Origin: a virus
Reading direction: 5' to 3' (one strand)
Virus record (IMG/VR): IMGVR_UViG_3300049434_000028
Span: 1 to 64,000 of that record
Length of the DNA: 64,000 nucleotides
Of the stretch, positions 53,852-63,561 are shown one piece after another (the stretch's first letter is position 1; each line of letters begins with the position of its first letter). The position numbers were made by a program, and so were the translations under genes. The notes below the pieces were generated by a model. It did not search any database. It had not been told where the DNA came from and saw only the letters and a program-made list of their open reading frames with translations.

Positions 53852-56592
53852 CGGGGCCCTCCTCTGTCCTTCAGCACCGGTACCGGCGAGGCCTCGACCG
53901 CGTACACCAACGGCGGCGGGTCGGCCACGATACCGATCGACGCCTCCTGCGCGTAGATGGTCGGTGCATCGAAGCCACGGAAGCTGATCCCTGCTCGCCC
54001 GGCCAGAGAGAGTGCGCCAGCGCCGGACAGAGAGAGCGGGCTGCCCTCGTTGATCGCCACAACGACGGCCAGCGCGCCTGCACCGCTCAGCGGCACGTCC
54101 TGCCGAGCCCCCGACACGACGCCTTCGAGGAGCGCGCCCAAACCGGTAAGCGCCACGGCCGCCGACGTCTGGACGGTCGTGGCGATGCCCAGCACTCCCA
54201 GACTGGATAGCTGGGCGCTCCCCGTCGTCGTCAGCGTCGTGGTGAGGGTGAGCGCGCCTGCACCGCTCAGCACTGCAGCAGCAACCGCGGTAGCCGACAC
54301 CTGCGCAACGACGAGCTGGCCAGCGCCAGAGAGCCCCAGGGGCTGAGTTATCGCCAGGGTGCCCGTGTCGACCAGCGTGCCAGAGCCGTTCAACGGAACC
54401 GCGCTGGACGCCGTTGGAGCGCTGCCCGCGGTGACCAACGTTCCAGACCCGGCCAGCACGAAGGAGACGGACACGGCCGGGGTGCCCGCGCCCGCCAACG
54501 TGCCGCTACCGGACAGCGGGACGGCGCGCGACGTCGTGATGGACGTAGGCACCGGGACGAGTTGGCCAGAGCCACTCAGAACACCTGGTTGCGAGTACGC
54601 GGGCACCCCGAGCAGAGAGAGCACTCCTGCGCCCGTCAGCGGAACGGCGCGTGACGCGGTCATCCCGGTCCCAGCCGGAACGAGTGAGCCCGCCCCGCTC
54701 AACGACGCGGCGGCCGAGGCCGACGGCGCGCTGCCAACCGTGCCGAGCGTTCCCGATCCGGTGAGCGAGAGGGCGCGCGGGAAATCCGGCGTGCCGGTCG
54801 TGGTCAGCGTTCCCGATCCACTCAGGGTGTCGCTACCCGTGTACGACGGCAGGATGAGGAACGAGAGCGCTCCCGTGCCGGATAGCGCCAGCGGAACCGT
54901 GAACGCCGGGGATCCCGTTGTGACCAGGCTTCCCGAGCCGGTCAGTGTGGCCGAGCCCGAGGTCGAGACCAAGGCCGCCAGCGTCAATGCGCCAGATCCG
55001 GCGAGCGCCGTTGCGCCGCTGGCCGTGAGCGCCGTGGTGAACGTCAACGAGCCGGATCCGCTGAGCGCCCTGGCGCCGGACGCCGTCGTCAACGATGCGA
55101 CCGGAGTCAGCGCACCGCTGCCGGAGAGCGACGCGCTTCCCGACACCGTGACCAGGCTGGCCGAGCCCGTCAACGACCCGGAGCCCGAAAGCACGCCCGG
55201 CCCGGTGAAGGCGATGGTGCTCGCCAAGGACAGCGTTCCCGAGCCCGTCAACGCAGCCGTGGCCGATGCCGTCGGCGCGCTCCCTACGGGCGAGAGCACA
55301 CCGGAGCCAGACAACGCCATGGAGACCGGGAACGCGGGAGTCGCGGCCGTCAGGGTCAGCGTGCCCGACCCGGTCAGCGGCGCGTTGTCCAACGGGCCAG
55401 GGAAGTTGATCCCGCCGACAACCGTTATGCCTGTATTCGAGGATGAGGTAATAACAGCGAGATCGACGCGGTTGAGCGGAATCGCAATCGTGATCGCACC
55501 GGAATGCCGAGTGGTCCAACTAGAGGCGTCCGAAGAGGTCTCTAGGAAGATCGTCCCAGATGATTCCCGGAACCGCAGGTACCTGTGCGTAGTGGCGCTG
55601 TAAGTGAAGGTGGTGCCGGAGGTTATCGTCCCGTCAATCTTGATCGTAGTGAACACAGTGCCATTGGTGATCTGGAAATTCACGTCATGGGCAGTGGTGT
55701 TGAACGAAGTAGACGTGTTCACCGGAAAATAGAGGTTCCACCACACGGTGTTGCTCGTAGCAACGGGAATCGTCAGCGTATCCAGGTAGGCCGAACTGCC
55801 CACCAAGTTAACGCAGAAGGACGGCAGCGAATGCACACTGTTGAATGCACTGTTCACCGGGAATGTCGCGGTGCCGTTCCCGATAGTGACCGAGGTGTTG
55901 GCAGAGTACATCTGATTGCTAGGCAGACTCTGCCCTGTAGTGAATGTGCCGGACCCGTTGAACCCCTCAATGAAGGTGGAGGCCGTGATCCCGGTGGTGT
56001 AGAACAAGGTGTCGAAGCCCTTGAACTCCACCCACCCAGGCTCTGTGGTGACGTTGACGCTGCCGTCAGTAAGATCCGTTGACCCGGTATTACCGTAGTT
56101 AATGGTCGCGTTGCCGGACGTTCCCGCCGAGACCTTGTACCCGATCTCCACAACAATGCAGTCACCCGCCGTCACGGCGAGGCTGGACAGCGTCTTACCG
56201 ACTTCCCCGCGGCCGGTGGCCGTCGTCGTCCACGACGTAGCGCCATCCGTGTTGGTCAGCAGAGTTCCGCGCAGCGTGTCGGTGGTCCCCTGCGTCACGA
56301 AGATGTGGACGTGGGTGACCATCGTGACGCCAGCAGGCGCCAGAACGCCGAAAGCCCACGACACCGTAGCGGTCGCAGGAATAGTCCCGGACGTACCCAA
56401 AGGCAGGGATACCCCGCGATACAGCAGGGTCTTATCGGTCGACGATACGACCGCGCGAGTCTTGGTCGCGGCGGCGTTGGTCTTTACGCCCAACCGGCCG
56501 GTGACGAAGGAGGTGGCATCGGTCCAGTCGCCCCGCACGGTGGTCGGGGTGAAAGAGGAGGCGGCGTTGGAGATATAGACCCTGACGGTCAT
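53848..56592 (-). CDS. large Ser/Thr/Gly-rich virion protein with lectin-like domain and ~23 LxGxGxL repeats
   Basis: H.YLR.RES.GT...ETS.D...W lectin-like module; repeats with a 20-22 aa period. Confidence 0.8.
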   Translation of the reverse strand: MTVRVYISNAASSFTPTTVRGDWTDATSFVTGRLGVKTNAAATKTRAVVSSTDKTLLYRGVSLPLGTSGTIPATATVSWAFGVLAPAGVTMVTHVHIFVTQGTTDTLRGTLLTNTDGATSWTTTATGRGEVGKTLSSLAVTAGDCIVVEIGYKVSAGTSGNATINYGNTGSTDLTDGSVNVTTEPGWVEFKGFDTLFYTTGITASTFIEGFNGSGTFTTGQSLPSNQMYSANTSVTIGNGTATFPVNSAFNSVHSLPSFCVNLVGSSAYLDTLTIPVATSNTVWWNLYFPVNTSTSFNTTAHDVNFQITNGTVFTTIKIDGTITSGTTFTYSATTHRYLRFRESSGTIFLETSSDASSWTTRHSGAITIAIPLNRVDLAVITSSSNTGITVVGGINFPGPLDNAPLTGSGTLTLTAATPAFPVSMALSGSGVLSPVGSAPTASATAALTGSGTLSLASTIAFTGPGVLSGSGSLTGSASLVTVSGSASLSGSGALTPVASLTTASGARALSGSGSLTFTTALTASGATALAGSGALTLAALVSTSGSATLTGSGSLVTTGSPAFTVPLALSGTGALSFLILPSYTGSDTLSGSGTLTTTGTPDFPRALSLTGSGTLGTVGSAPSASAAASLSGAGSLVPAGTGMTASRAVPLTGAGVLSLLGVPAYSQPGVLSGSGQLVPVPTSITTSRAVPLSGSGTLAGAGTPAVSVSFVLAGSGTLVTAGSAPTASSAVPLNGSGTLVDTGTLAITQPLGLSGAGQLVVAQVSATAVAAAVLSGAGALTLTTTLTTTGSAQLSSLGVLGIATTVQTSAAVALTGLGALLEGVVSGARQDVPLSGAGALAVVVAINEGSPLSLSGAGALSLAGRAGISFRGFDAPTIYAQEASIGIVADPPPLVYAVEASPVPVLKDRGGPR

Positions 56593-56647
56593 TACTCCAC
56601 CCCCTCCCTACCTGACACCCCTCCTTCGTGCTCAGGAAGGAGCGCGA

Positions 56648-56992
56648 CTAGCTCTGGGTGTAGGTGAAGGTGACCGTGTAGGTGCCCTGGCTGGCGAACG
56701 CCTGCGAGGTCACGGATGCACCGTCGTAGTACGTGCCCGCCGTGACCGCAGAGTGCACGCCTGCACCAACGAGGGTGGTACCGGTCGGGATGTCAAAGAC
56801 CGCGGTGGCCGAAGTGACACCGGCCGAGCTGGCCGACCAGGACAGGCTCTTACGCGCATACGCCGGGGAACCACCGGAAGGCTCGGTACCTGCCGACGCG
56901 CCGGGGGCGGTGGTGTAGACCGCCCCGTAGAGGGCCGAGCCCTTGTACGCGTCGGACAGGATGTTCTTCATCGCGTTGGTCTGGATTGCCAT
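56648..56992 (-). CDS. small virion fibre-associated protein
   Basis: T..PG...TE.SGG.PAYARK...W...FDIP.GT. Confidence 0.75.
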   Translation of the reverse strand: MAIQTNAMKNILSDAYKGSALYGAVYTTAPGASAGTEPSGGSPAYARKSLSWSASSAGVTSATAVFDIPTGTTLVGAGVHSAVTAGTYYDGASVTSQAFASQGTYTVTFTYTQS

Positions 56993-56995
56993 GGG

Positions 56996-57268
56996 TCACG
57001 CCTCCGTAGCGGGGTAGAAAGTCCCGGCGTCCGCGACTGCGAGGCCTTCTGGGACGTAGGTGGCTCCGTCGTACCCGCCGGGTCCAGCGTCGTACTCTTC
57101 CGACACCTCGACGAACTGCCAACGCTCCCGAGCGTCCGCAACGTAGGCCTCGATGTACCGGTCTCGCACGTAATCCGTGGCGGTCATCTCCGCGGTCCCA
57201 CCGGGAACCGCGACAATGCTCCTGCATGTCACGCGCCGCTTGTCGATGCGCGGGTCTACCTCAGTCAT
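56996..57268 (-). CDS. hypothetical protein
   Basis: 90 aa, GAGG SD. Confidence 0.7.
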   Translation of the reverse strand: MTEVDPRIDKRRVTCRSIVAVPGGTAEMTATDYVRDRYIEAYVADARERWQFVEVSEEYDAGPGGYDGATYVPEGLAVADAGTFYPATEA

Positions 57269-57286
57269 CCACGTACCTCTCTGCTC

Positions 57287-58105
57287 CTATGCCGGTGAGT
57301 AGCCCTCGACGCGCAGGATCACGCTATCTGGTGTAGGGGCCGCAACGTATGCGAGAGCGGCCTTGGCGAGCAGGGTCAGCGATCCGTACCCGAAGAAAAG
57401 AGGTGCGAGCTGACCGGCATTCGCCACCAACACGCCCTCGCCGGATAGAGCGACCGACGTGAAATTCGGCGCCCCCGACAACTTCAACACGCCGGTTCCG
57501 TTGAGCACGGCCACCGCGGGCCGCCCGACCACCAGCGAGCCGTAGCCCGCGAAGGTCGCATTGTTAGGTCCGCTCTCCGGGTTCGGCGCGGGCGGATCGG
57601 CCGAGGCCACCGCTGCACCGTCGAACGTGCCGCTGCGTCGAAGCCAGATCGGCTTCGCCTGGTTCGGACCGATGGTGCCGAGCTGGATGCCCAGCGCCTT
57701 CGATGGTGCAAGCGAGAACGGCGATGCCAACGACGGAGCCGTGCCCTTATCAGGCACCTTTACCGCCTGCTCCTCGGCCGCGTTGATGCTGCTCGCCGGG
57801 TTGTCGTCCGGTGCGATGTCGATCGTCTGGCCGCCCGGCTTCTGGAACGTCAACCAGGCGACCGCATTGCTGAGCGGGTAGCGCGGATGCCGGTTGACCA
57901 CGAACACGCACTGGTAGTCCACCGCGTTCTGCGAGAACTCGACCGGCGTGGCGCTGGGGAACACCGCACCGATGACGCCGCCGTGGACGACCGACCGAGA
58001 CACCCAACCGCCCAGACTCAGACCGGCCGCGCCATCGGCGGAATCGCCTGACGTAGCGTCAGGAACAGAGAGCCGGTACTCGATCTGGCTCGGGGCGATG
58101 GCCAT
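57287..58105 (-). CDS. virion protein
   Basis: SLGG..S, DY.C.FV.N.H, G..LG.I.P....IWLRR. Confidence 0.7.
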   Translation of the reverse strand: MAIAPSQIEYRLSVPDATSGDSADGAAGLSLGGWVSRSVVHGGVIGAVFPSATPVEFSQNAVDYQCVFVVNRHPRYPLSNAVAWLTFQKPGGQTIDIAPDDNPASSINAAEEQAVKVPDKGTAPSLASPFSLAPSKALGIQLGTIGPNQAKPIWLRRSGTFDGAAVASADPPAPNPESGPNNATFAGYGSLVVGRPAVAVLNGTGVLKLSGAPNFTSVALSGEGVLVANAGQLAPLFFGYGSLTLLAKAALAYVAAPTPDSVILRVEGYSPA

Positions 58106-58116
58106 CTACTCCTGCT

Positions 58117-58626
58117 TCACCAGGTCAGGCCGCGCTCGTCCAGCCAGGACGCCACCCACCGCGGGACGCGGTAGCGGCGGCCTTCCAGGAACGTGAACGT
58201 GTTGCCGTACCCGAGGGTGATGTCCTCCAGGTCGGTGTTGATGCGCACGACGACCTTCTCATTGAGGTATTCGACCGTCTGTGCGTGAACGACGCCGTTG
58301 GCCTGAGCCTGGGCCTGCGGGTCGGGAAGCTCCTCGATCTGCATCGTGGCGGTGCTGGATCCGATGAGACGCGGGGCGTCATCATCGTCGTCGTCCTCGT
58401 CCATGCGCGTCACCGCGCCGGAGTTAGCGTTGATGACCTCGCGGGTCTCCAGGTCGATGATGTCCTCGTCGACCGAACGTGCAGCGGCCTGCGTCAACAA
58501 GCTGATCTCACCCTCACGGGCCTTGATCTCCTCCGAGTGCTCGCGCGCGAGTTCTTCCCGCTTGCGACCGGTGACGTCGCCAGGGCGCGCCTGACGACCA
58601 GGACGGGTACGCGGCTGTGCTGTCAT
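58117..58626 (-). CDS. head-associated protein after the capsid gene
   Basis: DVTGR.RE, RINTDLE.IT.G.GN.F.F..G.RY.VP..VA..L.ERG. Confidence 0.75.
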   Translation of the reverse strand: MTAQPRTRPGRQARPGDVTGRKREELAREHSEEIKAREGEISLLTQAAARSVDEDIIDLETREVINANSGAVTRMDEDDDDDDAPRLIGSSTATMQIEELPDPQAQAQANGVVHAQTVEYLNEKVVVRINTDLEDITLGYGNTFTFLEGRRYRVPRWVASWLDERGLTW

Positions 58627-58643
58627 GAATGACTCCCTGAGTA

Positions 58644-58700
58644 GGTGTCCGATGCACCGCGGAGCCCATGCCTGGAATCAGCAGGAACGGACCCCGCGGC
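58644..58700 (-). terminator. stem-loop after the capsid gene
   Basis: GCCGCGGGGUCCGU...AUGGGCUCCGCGGU long stem on the minus transcript. Confidence 0.5.
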
Positions 58701-58727
58701 GGGATCACGGGTGAAACTGACGAACGG

Positions 58728-59714
58728 TCAGTTGGTCTCGCAGATCACGACGGAGTTGTCCGTAATCAGGCCAAATCCCCATATTGCATACCAGGCTAGG
58801 GCGTGCTCCCTGCCAAAATCGAGGATACCGCCATCTCTCAATTCGACAGGAAGCGAGATCGCGTGACCGAACGCATTGTCGCCCATGAAGATCGCCTGGT
58901 AGACATCGGACGCCGAGCCGCCAGCACCAACCAGCTTCTTGACCTGAGTGGTCTCGATGAAGACGACGTCCGCGATCCGGCCGATCTCGCCGAGCATGAA
59001 GTTGCCGGGGGCCGCGTACTTCGTGACCTCGATGAACTCGGGGTCGTCACGCAGCTTGCGCGACTGGTGCGGGTGCACGAACGCGACGTAGGTCTCGCCG
59101 AGACGCGGGACATTCTTGGTCGCGAGGGTCTCCACGGCGTCCTTGATGGACGAGACGCGGAGCACGTACGCACCGGTCATCGCTGCACGGTTGGCAGCAA
59201 CGGTGCCGTCGTCGTACGGCGAAGTCGGGGTGATCGCGCCGGTCGGGGGGAGGTAACCGAAGATGACCGACGTCGCCGTCAGGATCGTGTCGCGGGCCGA
59301 GCCGTCCAGGTACAGGGCCATGTTGCGGCCGAGCAGCCGGGAGGCCGACGCCATGACGTCGTCGAACGAAGCGTTGAGCAGCAGCTCGGAGACCGCGATT
59401 GCATAGCCCTGCTCCGCGACGGTGATCTGATACTGCGACGCCGACAGCGCGTTGGTCTGCATGCGCACACCCTCAACGAGCTGCGAGGCAGCGCCGAGGT
59501 TGTTGTACCGCATGAAGTTGACCGTGAGACCGGGCTGCACGCCCAGCTCGGTCTTCTTGACCGCGAACTGCTCGAATCGCAGGATCGGCATGCTCTGGAA
59601 CAAGATCTCCTTGCTCCAGATGCTCTGGATTGCCGCAGAGAGCTGCGCGTTCGCACCGGCATACGCGGTCGGACTCGCACTCAGGAACGGCGTACCGGTG
59701 ATGGCTGATGCCAC
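58728..59714 (-). CDS. major capsid protein (N4-gp56 family)
   Basis: WSKEILFQ.MP.LRFEQFA, L.EG, VHPHQ, GEIGR..V.FIET, DFGR...AWY.IWG; AAGGAGG SD preceded by a hairpin. Confidence 0.93.
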   Translation of the reverse strand: MASAITGTPFLSASPTAYAGANAQLSAAIQSIWSKEILFQSMPILRFEQFAVKKTELGVQPGLTVNFMRYNNLGAASQLVEGVRMQTNALSASQYQITVAEQGYAIAVSELLLNASFDDVMASASRLLGRNMALYLDGSARDTILTATSVIFGYLPPTGAITPTSPYDDGTVAANRAAMTGAYVLRVSSIKDAVETLATKNVPRLGETYVAFVHPHQSRKLRDDPEFIEVTKYAAPGNFMLGEIGRIADVVFIETTQVKKLVGAGGSASDVYQAIFMGDNAFGHAISLPVELRDGGILDFGREHALAWYAIWGFGLITDNSVVICETN

Positions 59715-59786
59715 GCGGGGTCTACCTCCTTGGAAGGGGAGCCACTCGGTACCGAGTAACTCCAGGCTTGCTGGATCGGACGGTGG

Positions 59787-60644
59787 TTACCGCCCACGTA
59801 CTTGCTGACTTGCCGCTTCCAGCAGCCTGCCCCGGTTCTTCATGTACGTCGCCATGTCCATGTTGCTGATCTGCTCAGCAGTAAACGTTTCCTGTCCCGA
59901 CTGGTTCTCCATTGGCCCAACTGGTGGTGCTGTCACCCCGGTGCCGCGAGCCTGCTGGCGTGCCTGCTGGTACGCACTCGCCTGCTCCTGCTGCGCCTGG
60001 GTGACCTGGCTGAGGATATTGCCCGTCGTCTCGATTGCGCGAGAGACGTTGGCGTCGATCTCTTCTATCGAGTTACCCGCTACCCAGGAATGCAGCTCCG
60101 GCATGATGTTGTCGCTCTCCTCCGCGAGCCGCCGTGCACGGTGCTCATTGAGGAGCTGGAACTGCCGCTCGCGTTCCAGCAGGGCGTCGCGCTGCGCAAT
60201 CTGCGACTGCAGGTCCGACATCTGCGCGCTCCAGGCCTGCTGCGTCTCCTCCAGCTTCTGCTCGAAGCTGAGGTTCTTGACGCGCTCGGCCTCGGCCGCT
60301 GCCTCGGCATCCTTGCGCGCCTTCTCCTCCGCGGCCAGCCGGGCCTGGGTGTCGGCCTCGATCTTCTTGAGCCGCTCCTCCTGCTCCGTGATCTTGCCGT
60401 AGAGCTTGTCCTTCTCCTGCTTGCGCGCGGCCTCGATGTCGGCAGCCGTGAAGGTCTGGACGCCGCCGTTCTGCTGCGTCGGCGGGGGCTCGACCGGCAC
60501 CGGTACCGGGAGCGGCGGGACTGTGATCGTGTTGCCCGCGGGCTCATTGCCGCCGCTGGCCCCGGCGATCGGGAAGATCGGCGTGCCGTTCTTGCGGTAC
60601 CCGAGCACCTCGCGGGGGCCATGGGTAAGGATTCTGGGTCGCAT
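59787..60644 (-). CDS. capsid scaffolding protein
   Basis: FT..DIE.ARKQEKDKLY coiled coil, I.PEL, C-terminal I..MDM..Y.K.R..LL; sits before the capsid gene. Confidence 0.85.
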   Translation of the reverse strand: MRPRILTHGPREVLGYRKNGTPIFPIAGASGGNEPAGNTITVPPLPVPVPVEPPPTQQNGGVQTFTAADIEAARKQEKDKLYGKITEQEERLKKIEADTQARLAAEEKARKDAEAAAEAERVKNLSFEQKLEETQQAWSAQMSDLQSQIAQRDALLERERQFQLLNEHRARRLAEESDNIMPELHSWVAGNSIEEIDANVSRAIETTGNILSQVTQAQQEQASAYQQARQQARGTGVTAPPVGPMENQSGQETFTAEQISNMDMATYMKNRGRLLEAASQQVRGR

Positions 60645-60731
60645 GTATCCGTCCTTCGCGTGTCCGTAGGCCCTGACGGGCCGAGCAGTGGCATGCACGC
60701 TAGCTGGACGGCACGCAAGGGTGTGCGAGGG

Positions 60732-61445
60732 TTACTCGCCTGCCACGCGCCGGGTAGAGCGGCCAGTGATGGAGGTCTTCAACGCCGCTCGCCACTCGGG
60801 GTACTTCTCGCCGAACGTGGACTTCTCCCCCGCGGCGGTCCTGGTGATGACGTAGCCGCCTTTGGACATCCGGAACGGTTTCGAGCAGCGCTGCATGTAG
60901 TCCAGCATCGCGCCCTGATGCGCCTGCGGATCCCCCCAGGCCGGAGTGACGAAATTGCTGACCGTTACCGGCGTCGCTGCCGCAGTCCCATGGGTAACGT
61001 TGATGACGTAGGAGTCGGACTCCACCGGGTCGCACACCTCAGCGGCGTAGAGCACGCCCGAGCCGTTGTCCCACCACCCATTGCACCGCGGGTCGACGAA
61101 CCATTCGAGCACCTCGTGCGAGAGCACGCTGGCCACCGAGAGGGTGTTGGTCAAGGCGTTGCCCCCGTTGTCCAGCACCGGCCCAGCGAAGACCCGGCCG
61201 TACTGCGTGCCGTCAGGATCCTCGGTGTGCCAGCCGAGCGCGCCTTCCTGGTCGCTGTCGTCGAACACGCCGAGCACCACCGCACTCGGCGGGATGTGCG
61301 CGGTATCGGGGTAGTAAATGACCGGGATCGGGAGCAGGCCCCACAACGGCGCGGCATGCAGGCGAAGCTGAGTCGCGCACGCACGAGTCATCGTTGCGAC
61401 GTCGTTGTTGCTGACCCGAGTGGACTTGTTGACGATAGCCAACAC
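60732..61445 (-). CDS. zincin-like metalloprotein (HExxE...DP, Phi-1/EXORDIUM-like pattern)
   Basis: ALGWH...LSHEVLEWFVDP..N.W...EVCDPVE...VSNFV.P.W. Confidence 0.65.
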   Translation of the reverse strand: MLAIVNKSTRVSNNDVATMTRACATQLRLHAAPLWGLLPIPVIYYPDTAHIPPSAVVLGVFDDSDQEGALGWHTEDPDGTQYGRVFAGPVLDNGGNALTNTLSVASVLSHEVLEWFVDPRCNGWWDNGSGVLYAAEVCDPVESDSYVINVTHGTAAATPVTVSNFVTPAWGDPQAHQGAMLDYMQRCSKPFRMSKGGYVITRTAAGEKSTFGEKYPEWRAALKTSITGRSTRRVAGE

Positions 61446-61453
61446 GGCGAATC

Positions 61454-63166
61454 CTAATCGTTGTCGTCGTTAGCAGGGTTGCGCCGCTGCGAGAGCTTTG
61501 TGCCATAGGCGCGCGTGTTGAGCTGATTGACCATCTCGCCCACCTCAGGCGGGAGCGCAACCGGCTGGGTGACCGCCGGAGCCCCACCGCCTGCACCCCC
61601 GCCCGCGGTGCTGACACCAGCGCCGCCCGCACTGGTGACATCCGGCTGCGGCCCGTCCGGGCTGGGAAGCATGCCCGTCTCCGACAACACCGCTGCCGAG
61701 ATCTGACTCTTCAACATATCGAGCGCGCCCTGGTCAATCGCGTCCTCGACCAACTCCAAGAAGATCTCCCGGCTCTTGTTATCGGGGAACTCCTCGCCCA
61801 GCTCGCGCAGCGCGCCGCGCTTGGACTCCAGACCGAGCGCCATCTTCATCTGCACCTCGTTGAGCTTGATGAGGATGTCGACGGGCAGCGGCGGCGGCCA
61901 GTGGCATTCGGTCTGGTAGGTGACCGGGTCGTCCGGGTCCAGTACCGGGAGCTGACCATCCTTCAGTTCGTCGCTCTCGCTGGGATCCCACTGGAACGTG
62001 AGCGGTTCCTTGACGGCCAGCGTGCGCAGGATCAGCTCGTTGACGCGTCGGATGCCCTGCCCGTAGTTCGTCGTCTTCTGCCGGTAGCGCTGCATCATCG
62101 GCGTGTACTGGATCGCCAGCGCGACGCCGGAGGTGTTGCTGATCGGCTGCACGTCGCCGAGCGCACCCTCGGGAACACCGGTCAACTCGTGCATGCTCTT
62201 CTTCAGCATCGCGAGGTAGTCCATGGGGCCGCCGAGGTTCGCGCCCAGCTCCAGGTTGAATACCTGCGCGTCCTTCGGCAGTCCGCCCCAAACCTTCTTG
62301 GGGCCCTTCTCCAACTGCGACGCCTTCGCTCCGGTGATCACCGTCACGGGCGCAGCGTGGTAGTTGATGATGTCCGAGACGTCGGTGGCCTTCTCGTTGT
62401 ACTCGCGGTTCAGCGAGATGATGCCGCCGATGTCCGAGAGCCCCCACGGCGAGCCGGAGACCTTGGTGTTGGGGATGTGCACGACGGGGATGACGCCCAG
62501 CGGGTTCGGGCGCGCATCGAGCAGCTCGTCGTTGATGTACTCCTCGATCTGAGTGTCCGTCAGGATCTCGGTATAGGTGAAAACCTGACGCGTACCGTCC
62601 GCCGTCGTGCCCCAGAACTTGTACTTGAGCTTGAAGCGCAGGAGTCGGTTGCGGTCATGCGGATGGAACTCGGGGAAGGCATGCGCGCCGTTGATCGGAA
62701 GGACACGCACGCGACCGGCGTGGAACCCACCGGCCGGGTCCACCCACGGCTCCTCGTACGCGACCTTGATGAAGCAGTCGCCGGAGACACCACCGAGCTG
62801 GCCCAGCTCCAGCAGCAGCGACTCCTTGTCGTTGTCGACCTCCCACACGCGCGAGAGCAACGACGGCACGATCGCCGACGTCGCGAGCGGCGTGCGGAAG
62901 TAGACCCCGCGGCCGAAGCAGAAGTTGTTGATGAACGACGCGAAAGCCTCGACGTAGTTGAACGTGAGCTGGGGCTCGCCCATCTCCCGCCGATGACTCC
63001 AGTGATGACCGAGGAACCAGGCCCAGTTCTGCGCGTACCGGTTGAGCCGCGGGCCGTGTACCTCGAACTCCTCATCGGCCAGCTCTACCAGGCCGAGCGG
63101 AGAGATCGAGACCGTGAGGTCACCGGAGGACGCACGGAAGGACGGCGAGACGAAGTCGACGCTCAC
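61454..63166 (-). CDS. portal protein (SPP1 gp6-like)
   Basis: 570 aa; GGVSGD.F.KV, NPLG.IPVVHIPN, WG.SD, NTSGVAL; position before scaffold and capsid. Confidence 0.9.
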   Translation of the reverse strand: MSVDFVSPSFRASSGDLTVSISPLGLVELADEEFEVHGPRLNRYAQNWAWFLGHHWSHRREMGEPQLTFNYVEAFASFINNFCFGRGVYFRTPLATSAIVPSLLSRVWEVDNDKESLLLELGQLGGVSGDCFIKVAYEEPWVDPAGGFHAGRVRVLPINGAHAFPEFHPHDRNRLLRFKLKYKFWGTTADGTRQVFTYTEILTDTQIEEYINDELLDARPNPLGVIPVVHIPNTKVSGSPWGLSDIGGIISLNREYNEKATDVSDIINYHAAPVTVITGAKASQLEKGPKKVWGGLPKDAQVFNLELGANLGGPMDYLAMLKKSMHELTGVPEGALGDVQPISNTSGVALAIQYTPMMQRYRQKTTNYGQGIRRVNELILRTLAVKEPLTFQWDPSESDELKDGQLPVLDPDDPVTYQTECHWPPPLPVDILIKLNEVQMKMALGLESKRGALRELGEEFPDNKSREIFLELVEDAIDQGALDMLKSQISAAVLSETGMLPSPDGPQPDVTSAGGAGVSTAGGGAGGGAPAVTQPVALPPEVGEMVNQLNTRAYGTKLSQRRNPANDDND

Positions 63167-63169
63167 GAG

Positions 63170-63559
63170 CTAGCTCCACTGCCCCTGAACGCCGCCGCGC
63201 TTGCCGAACTGCAGCCGGTGGAACACGTCAGGGTCGTGCGTGCCGTCGGCCTTGATCGGGTGCAGGTCCATGTAGGCGGTGTTGTCCACGCTCGGGGTGT
63301 GAAACGACTCCTCGCCCCCGCGGGTGAGCACACCGTCGTGGGCGACCTGCAGCTTGATCGCGGTCTGACGGAAGTTGTACCCGCTGTCCCGACGCTGCAC
63401 GAACGCCTCCCGCGCGGCCTTGCGGCTGGGGAAGTGCTCCAGGTCGTCGTGCGACGGCTCGGCGTAGCTGCTCCCGCCGTGCCAGCGCGCGGCGTAGCCC
63501 TTGGTCACCTTTGCCTCGGCAGGCGTCGGAGCGCGGCGGTCATTGAACAACTGCGGCAT
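63170..63559 (-). CDS. hypothetical protein (N-terminal FNDRR)
   Basis: 129 aa; W.GGSSY...LE.F.S...A...F..R. Confidence 0.75.
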   Translation of the reverse strand: MPQLFNDRRAPTPAEAKVTKGYAARWHGGSSYAEPSHDDLEHFPSRKAAREAFVQRRDSGYNFRQTAIKLQVAHDGVLTRGGEESFHTPSVDNTAYMDLHPIKADGTHDPDVFHRLQFGKRGGVQGQWS

Positions 63560-63561
63560 GG

